A DNA stretch of 4,011 bases, taken from a virus. Lineage: Duplodnaviria > Heunggongvirae > Uroviricota > Caudoviricetes. Both the position numbers and the translations under genes were made by a program. Positions 1 through 4,011 of this stretch are shown piece after piece. Each line of letters begins with the position of its first letter. Positions within the stretch are counted from its first letter, which is position 1. Below the pieces are notes generated by a model. The model saw only the letters and a list, made by a program, of their open reading frames with translations. It was not told the DNA's origin and ran no database searches. The DNA lies in the IMG/VR virus record IMGVR_UViG_2698536379_000010; one strand, written 5' to 3'.

Positions 1-79
1 CATATTCGCCCTGACTTTCCAGAACCATACGAACTGCCCGTTGACGGACCTCGGGGGAAAAACGTGTATTTTTAGTCAT
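1..79 (-). CDS. IS3-family transposase OrfA (helix-turn-helix N-terminal protein), N-terminal 26 codons; truncated by window edge
   Basis: ATG at 79..77 on the - strand, preceded by AGAGG with ~8 nt spacing. Translation is MTKNTRFSPEVRQRAVRMVLESQGEY, open to the window edge. The other two frames on this strand segment are not relevant; the sense (+) frames 1 and 3 are closed by stops. Confidence 0.85.
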   Translation of the reverse strand, partial: MTKNTRFSPEVRQRAVRMVLESQGEY

Positions 80-108
80 CCTGTTTACCTCTTTCTCAGG
101 GAGTTTAG

Positions 109-133
109 TCTCCAGGATTCCCGGGGCGGTTCA
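109..133 (-). repeat. Terminal inverted repeat (left IR) of the IS3-family element; extent approximate
   Basis: The terminal ~25 nt on the - strand are TGAACCGCCCCGGGAATCCTGGAGA, beginning with the TG dinucleotide typical of IS3-family ends. The inner boundary cannot be set without the other end, which is outside the window. Confidence 0.55.
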
Positions 134-547
134 ATAAAAGGGATTGGCAGTGTACTGGGATTTGATCTCAGCAGCCTTTCCCTGAATGCCAATGGGGGGA
201 TTTATCAGTCTGCTGATTTGAGTCGTTACAGTGGCACGGTGGTTAACCGTCCGACGTTTTTTGCTTTTGCAAAAGGCGCGGGTGTGATGGGGGAAGCGGG
301 ACCTGAAGCCATTCTGCCATTGCGTCGTGGTGCTGACGGTAAGCTGGGGGTTGTGGCGGATATTGGGGGTTCAGGTATGGCGATGTTTTCCCCGCAGTAC
401 AACATCGAGATCAATAACGATGGCACGAACGGGCAGATAGGTCCGGCTGCCCTGAAGGCGGTTTATGACCTCGGGAAAAAAGCGGCAGCGGACTTTATGC
501 AACAGCAGGCCCGTGATGGTGGTCGGTTAAGTGGAGCATATCGGTAA
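134..547 (+). pseudogene. H: Tail tape measure protein (lambda gpH-like), 3'-terminal fragment (137 codons) of a gene interrupted by the IS insertion
   Basis: Frame 2 is open from the IS junction to TAA at 545..547. The C-terminus ...NIEINNDGTNGQIGPAALKAVYDLGKKAAADFMQQQARDGGRLSGAYR resembles the lambda gpH C-terminus as I recall it (...INNDGTNGQIGPAALKAVYD...RDGG...). Its stop overlaps the M start (TAATG). The upstream part of the track ORF (41..133) is antisense IS sequence, not H. Confidence 0.8.
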
Positions 548-876
548 TGGAGACGTTTCACTGGAAAGTGCGCCCGGATATGAATGTGGTATCAGAGCCG
601 AAAGTGGTGACAGTGAAGCTGGGCGATGGTTATGAACAGCGTCGTGCGGCGGGACTGAATAACCAGTTGTCGACTTACAGCGTGACGATACGTGTTCGTA
701 AATGTGAACACCCATCTTTAAAAGCCTTTCTGGAACGGCACGGTGGCGTCCGTGCATTTCAGTGGACGCCACCTTATGACTGGAAACCGATCAGGGTGGT
801 TTGTCGTAAATGGTCGGCAAGCGTGGGGGCGCTGTGGGTAACCATAACGGCAGATTTTGAACAGGTCGTGGCATAG
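547..876 (+). CDS. M: Tail tip assembly protein M (lambda gpM homolog), 109 aa
   Basis: ATG at 547 overlaps the H stop (TAATG), with GGAG about 10 nt upstream. Length is identical to lambda gpM (109 aa) and it sits between H and L. Motifs GDGY, TYSV, WTPPY and the C-terminal FEQVV match my recollection of gpM. Confidence 0.9.
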   Translation: METFHWKVRPDMNVVSEPKVVTVKLGDGYEQRRAAGLNNQLSTYSVTIRVRKCEHPSLKAFLERHGGVRAFQWTPPYDWKPIRVVCRKWSASVGALWVTITADFEQVVA

Positions 877-880
877 GAGG
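875..880 (+). promoter_or_regulatory. Shine-Dalgarno sequence (AGGAGG) for gene L
   Basis: AGGAGG lies 5 nt upstream of the ATG at 886 and overlaps the M stop codon TAG (874..876). Confidence 0.6.
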
Positions 881-885
881 CTCTG

Positions 886-1584
886 ATGCAGGATATTCCA
901 CAGGAAACACATCATGAGACGACACGCCTCACTCAGTCAGCCCAGGCGGTGCTCTGGGAAATCGATCTGACAGAGGTCGGTGGTGAACGTTATTTTTTCT
1001 GTAATGAGCAGAACGAAAAAGGTGAGCCGGTTACCTGGCAGGGGCGGCAGTATCAGGCATACCCCATTCAGGGGACGGGATTTGAACTGAACGGCAAGGG
1101 CAGTGCTGCCCGTCCGACACTGACGGTTTCTAACCTGCACGGCATGGTCACGGGGATGGCGGAAGACCTGCAGAGTCTGGTCGGCGGAACGGTGGTCCGG
1201 CGTAAGGTTTACGCCCGTTTTCTGGATGCGGTGAACTTCGTCAACGGAAACAGCGACGCCGATCCGGAGCAGGAGGTGATCAGCCGCTGGCGCATCGAGC
1301 AGTGCAGCGAACTGAGTGCGGTGAGTGCCTCCTTTGTACTGTCCACGCCAACGGAAACGGATGGCGCTGTTTTTCCGGGACGTATCATGCTGGCCAACAC
1401 CTGCACCTGGACCTATCGCGGTGATGAGTGCGGTTATCACGGTCCGGCAGTCGCGGATGAATATGACCAGCCGACGTCCGATATCACGAAGGATAAATGC
1501 AGCAAATGCCTGAGTGGCTGTAAGTTTCGCAATAACCTCGGCAACTTTGGCGGCTTCCTTTCCATTAACAAACTTTCACAGTGA
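886..1584 (+). CDS. L: Tail tip protein L (lambda gpL homolog), 232 aa, with a Cys-rich C-terminal region
   Basis: ATG at 886 after a strong ribosome-binding site. Length of 232 aa equals lambda gpL, with conserved position between M and K. Five clustered cysteines lie in the C-terminal ~60 residues (ANTC, DEC, DKC, SKC, SGC). The stop TGA (1582..1584) overlaps the K start. Confidence 0.92.
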   Translation: MQDIPQETHHETTRLTQSAQAVLWEIDLTEVGGERYFFCNEQNEKGEPVTWQGRQYQAYPIQGTGFELNGKGSAARPTLTVSNLHGMVTGMAEDLQSLVGGTVVRRKVYARFLDAVNFVNGNSDADPEQEVISRWRIEQCSELSAVSASFVLSTPTETDGAVFPGRIMLANTCTWTYRGDECGYHGPAVADEYDQPTSDITKDKCSKCLSGCKFRNNLGNFGGFLSINKLSQ

Positions 1585-2333
1585 ATCCCATGACAGAGAC
1601 AGAATCAGCGATTCTGGCGCACGCCCGGCGATGTGCGCCAGCGGAGTCGTGCGGCTTCGTGGTGAGAACGCCGGAAGGGGAAAGATATTTTCCCTGCGTG
1701 AATATCTCCGGTGAGCCGGAGGCGTATTTCCGGATGTCGCCGGAGTACTGGCTGCGGGCAGAGATGCAGGGTGAGATTGTGGCGCTGGTCCACAGCCACC
1801 CCGGTGGTCTGCCCTGGCTGAGTGAGGCCGACCGGCGGCTGCAGGTGCAGAGTGATTTGCCGTGGTGGCTGGTCTGCCGGGGAGTGATTCATAAGTTCCG
1901 CTGTGTGCCGCATCTTACCGGGCGGCGCTTTGAGCACGGGGTGACGGACTGTTACACGCTGTTCCGGGATGCTTACCATCTGGCGGGGATTGAGATGCCG
2001 GATTTTCATCGCGAGGATGACTGGTGGCGTAACGGTCAGAATCTCTATCTGGATAATCTGGAGGCCACAGGGCTGTATCAGGTGCCGTTGTCAGCGGCGC
2101 AGCCGGGCGATGTACTGCTGTGCTGTTTTGGTTCATCGGTGCCGAATCATGCCGCCATTTACTGTGGTGACGGCGAGCTGCTGCACCATATTCCTGAACA
2201 ACTGAGCAAACGAGAGAGGTATACCGACAAATGGCAGCGACGCACACACTCCCTCTGGCGTCACCGGGCATGGCACGCATCTGCCTTTACGGGGATTTAC
2301 AACGATTTGGCCGCCGCATCGACCTTCGTGTAA
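1581..2333 (+). CDS. K: Tail tip assembly protein K (lambda gpK homolog) with N-terminal JAB/MPN metalloprotease domain and C-terminal NlpC/P60-like domain; start codon uncertain (GTG 1581, ATG 1590 or internal ATG 1734)
   Basis: The frame is open from GTG 1581 (overlapping the L stop as GTGA) to TAA 2331..2333, and the first ATG is at 1590. The JAB/MPN motif H-S-H-P-x6-S-x2-D (HSHPGGLPWLSEAD, nt 1791..1832) and an upstream E-x-C-G (AESCGFVV, Glu at 1644..1646) are present. Cys (1950..1952) and two downstream His residues are arranged as in NlpC/P60 enzymes. Confidence 0.9.
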   Translation: MNPMTETESAILAHARRCAPAESCGFVVRTPEGERYFPCVNISGEPEAYFRMSPEYWLRAEMQGEIVALVHSHPGGLPWLSEADRRLQVQSDLPWWLVCRGVIHKFRCVPHLTGRRFEHGVTDCYTLFRDAYHLAGIEMPDFHREDDWWRNGQNLYLDNLEATGLYQVPLSAAQPGDVLLCCFGSSVPNHAAIYCGDGELLHHIPEQLSKRERYTDKWQRRTHSLWRHRAWHASAFTGIYNDLAAASTFV

Positions 2334-2878
2334 AAACGGGGGCCGAAGCCATCCGGGCGCTGGCCATGCAGATCCCGGCGTTTCGTCAGAAGCTGAGCGA
2401 CGGCTGGTATCAGGTACGGATTGCCGGGCGTGATACAGGTGAAAATGAATTATCATCCCGTCTTAATGAGCCGCTGGCAAATGGTGCAGTGATCCACATC
2501 GTGCCGCGCCTGGCGGGTGCCAAAAGTGGCGGTGTGTTTCAGGCAGTGCTGGGTGCGGCGCTGATTGCGGTGGCATGGTGGAACCCTGTGGGCTGGCTGG
2601 GGGCCGCGGCTGTATCGGGTATGTATGCAGCAGGGGCCAGTATGATCCTGGGTGGTGTGGCGCAGATGCTGGCACCGAAAGCCAGAACTCCCCGTACACA
2701 GACAACGGATAACGGTAAGCAGAACACCTATTTCTCCTCACTGGATAATATGGTTGCCCAGGGCAATGTTCTGCCTGTTCTGTACGGTGAAATGCGCGTG
2801 GGGTCACGTGTTGTCTCTCAGGAGATCAGCACGGCAGACGAGGGGGACGGTGGTCAGGTTGTGGTGATTGGTCGTTGA
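2231..2878 (+). CDS. I: Tail tip assembly protein I (lambda gpI homolog), 215 aa; N-terminal ubiquitin-like/beta-grasp region followed by a Gly/Ala-rich hydrophobic segment
   Basis: ATG at 2231 is the first start codon after an in-frame TGA at 2195..2197, with GAGAGAGG 11 nt upstream. It overlaps the K 3' end by 103 nt in a different frame, which is the arrangement I recall for lambda K/I. The stop is TGA at 2876..2878. Confidence 0.88.
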   Translation: MAATHTLPLASPGMARICLYGDLQRFGRRIDLRVKTGAEAIRALAMQIPAFRQKLSDGWYQVRIAGRDTGENELSSRLNEPLANGAVIHIVPRLAGAKSGGVFQAVLGAALIAVAWWNPVGWLGAAAVSGMYAAGASMILGGVAQMLAPKARTPRTQTTDNGKQNTYFSSLDNMVAQGNVLPVLYGEMRVGSRVVSQEISTADEGDGGQVVVIGR

Positions 2879-2896
2879 TGAAAAACGTTTTATGTG

Positions 2897-2926
2897 AAAC
2901 CGCCTCAGGGCGGTTTTGTCGTTTCT
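2897..2926 (+). terminator. Stem-loop with T-rich tail in the I-J intergenic spacer (possible weak intrinsic terminator or RNA stability element)
   Basis: AAACCGCC (2897..2904), loop TCAG, then GGCGGTTT (2909..2916) form a perfect 8-bp stem, followed by TGTCGTTTCT. It sits in the 60-nt gap between the I stop and the J start. Confidence 0.4.
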
Positions 2927-2938
2927 GGAGCGTGAGGA

Positions 2939-4011
2939 ATGGGTAAAGGCAGCAGTAAGGGGCATACCCCGCGCGAAGCGAAGGACAACCTGAAATCATC
3001 CCAGATGCTGAGCGTGATAGACGCCATCAGCGAAGGACCGATTGAAGGTCCGGTGGATGGATTAAAAAGCGTGCTGCTGAACAGTACGCCAGTGCTGGAC
3101 AGTGAAGGTAATACCAACATCTCCGGTGTCACGGTGGTGTTCCGGGCCGGTGAGCAGGAGCAGACACCGCCGGAGGGATTTGAATCCTCCGGTTCTGAGA
3201 CGGTGCTGGGTACGGAAGTGAAATACGACACGCCGATCACCCGCACCATCACGTCGGCAAACATCGATCGTCTGCGCTTTACTTTCGGTGTGCAGGCACT
3301 GCGGGAAACCACCTCAAAGGGGGACCGGGATCCGTCGGAAGTCCGCCTGCTGGTTCAGATACAGCGTAATGGTGGCTGGGTGACGGAAAAAGACATCACC
3401 ATTAAGGGCAAAACCACGTCGCAGTATCTGGCCTCGGTGGTGGTGGATAACCTGCCGCCGCGCCCGTTTAATATCCGGATGCGCAGGATGACGCCGGACA
3501 GCACCACAGACCAGCTGCAGAACAAAACGCTCTGGTCGTCATACACCGAAATCATCGATGTGAAACAGTGCTACCCGAACACGGCACTGGTTGGCGTGCA
3601 GGTGGACTCGGAGCAGTTTGGCAGTCAGCAGGTGAGCCGTAATTATCATCTTCGCGGGCGCATTCTGCAGGTGCCGTCAAACTATGATCCGGAAAAACGC
3701 ACTTACAGCGGCATCTGGGACGGAACGTTAAAACCGGCATACAGCAACAACATGGCCTGGTGTCTGTGGGATATGCTGACCCACCCGCGCTACGGCATGG
3801 GGAAACGTCTTGGTGCGGCGGATGTGGATAAATGGGCGCTGTATGTCATCGGCCAGTACTGCGACCAGTCAGTACCGGACGGCTTTGGCGGCACGGAGCC
3901 GCGCATCACCTGTAATGCGTACCTGACCACGCAGCGCAAGGCGTGGGATGTGCTCAGTGATTTCTGCTCGGCGATGCGCTGTATGCCGGTATGGAACGGG
4001 CAGACGCTGAC
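2939..4011 (+). CDS. J: Tail tip/central tail fiber protein J (lambda gpJ homolog), N-terminal 357 codons; continues beyond window end
   Basis: ATG at 2939 is preceded by GAGG (2934..2937). Frame 2 has no stop through to the window end, which is why it is absent from the ORF track. The translation MGKGSSKGHTPREAKDNLKSSQMLSVIDAISEGPIEGPVDGLKSVLLNSTPVLD... closely matches the lambda gpJ N-terminus as I recall it. Confidence 0.93.
   Translation, partial: MGKGSSKGHTPREAKDNLKSSQMLSVIDAISEGPIEGPVDGLKSVLLNSTPVLDSEGNTNISGVTVVFRAGEQEQTPPEGFESSGSETVLGTEVKYDTPITRTITSANIDRLRFTFGVQALRETTSKGDRDPSEVRLLVQIQRNGGWVTEKDITIKGKTTSQYLASVVVDNLPPRPFNIRMRRMTPDSTTDQLQNKTLWSSYTEIIDVKQCYPNTALVGVQVDSEQFGSQQVSRNYHLRGRILQVPSNYDPEKRTYSGIWDGTLKPAYSNNMAWCLWDMLTHPRYGMGKRLGAADVDKWALYVIGQYCDQSVPDGFGGTEPRITCNAYLTTQRKAWDVLSDFCSAMRCMPVWNGQTL

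Larger units (their letters stand above)
1..133 (-). mobile_element. IS3-family insertion sequence (IS629/IS1203-like), left end only; element continues beyond window start
   Basis: Reverse complement of 1..133 reads TGAACCGCCCCGGGAATCCTGGAGACTAAACTCCCTGAGAAAGAGGTAAACAGGATGACTAAAAATACACG...: a 5'-TG terminus, AGAGG ribosome-binding site and ATG, followed by an orfA N-terminus that matches IS629/IS1203 OrfA as I recall it. The IS/phage junction is placed at 133/134 from the terminal TG (CA on + strand at 132..133). Confidence 0.85.

Noticed and set aside
41-133. 5' part of the 168-aa + strand ORF, as a possible tape-measure coding region
   Set aside because: This segment is the reverse complement of an IS3-family left end (terminal repeat, ribosome-binding site, orfA start). 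The + strand frame is open only by chance and its translation is not protein-like.
226-915. Small - strand ORFs 226..426, 527..772 and 718..915
   Set aside because: Antisense to the H remnant and M, with no ribosome-binding sites or recognisable motifs; spurious.
937-1440. 167-aa ORF on the - strand (and the 65-aa ORF at 1209..1406) inside gene L
   Set aside because: These are antisense shadow ORFs entirely within the conserved L coding sequence, with no start context; the + strand gene explains the region.
1734-2333. Internal ATG at 1734 as the K start (199-aa product)
   Set aside because: It would remove the conserved Glu and N-terminal part of the JAB/MPN domain, and the frame is open and coupled to the L stop upstream. 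It is kept only as an alternative in the K feature note.
1605-2456. - strand ORFs of 134, 121 and 107 aa (1605..2009, 1915..2280, 2133..2456) and the + strand alternate-frame ORFs 1514..1714 and 1969..2205
   Set aside because: All are embedded in K/I coding sequence. Their translations are low-complexity and Arg/Pro-rich, as expected for out-of-frame reads of GC-rich coding DNA.
2463-2867. - strand ORFs 2463..2807 and 2539..2727, and + strand ORF 2652..2867, inside gene I
   Set aside because: Overlapping shadow ORFs within I; no independent signals.
2905-3740. - strand ORFs 2905..3312, 3355..3555 and 3552..3740
   Set aside because: They are antisense to the J reading frame, which is open from 2939 to the window end and is missing from the ORF track only because it has no stop in the window.
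1-4011. CRISPR repeats, tRNA/rRNA genes, or a programmed frameshift site
   Set aside because: No repeat-spacer periodicity, no tRNA-like cloverleaf candidates and no slippery heptamer with a downstream structure at gene junctions. The known tail frameshift of lambdoid phages lies upstream of H, outside this window.

Overview
The window holds the distal part of a lambda-like (lambdoid siphovirus) tail gene cluster on the + strand, in the canonical order H (3' end only)-M-L-K-I-J (5' part, running off the window). The main finding is that nt 1..133 are not tape-measure sequence: their reverse complement is the left end of an IS3-family insertion sequence (IS629/IS1203-like), with a 5'-TG terminus, a ribosome-binding site and the orfA start (MTKNTRFSPEVRQRAVRMVLESQGEY...) on the - strand. 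The IS therefore interrupts tape-measure gene H, so the 41..547 ORF in the supplied track is a chimeric read-through and this is probably a defective prophage tail module. Downstream genes look intact: M (547..876), L (886..1584, Cys-rich C-terminus), K (1581..2333, JAB/MPN metalloprotease motif plus NlpC/P60-like Cys-His-His), I (2231..2878, overlapping K by 103 nt in another frame) and J (2939..>4011). A hairpin with a T-rich tail lies in the 60-nt I-J spacer. No tRNA, rRNA or CRISPR features were seen. All homology statements rest on reading the translations and on recalled sequences, not on database searches.
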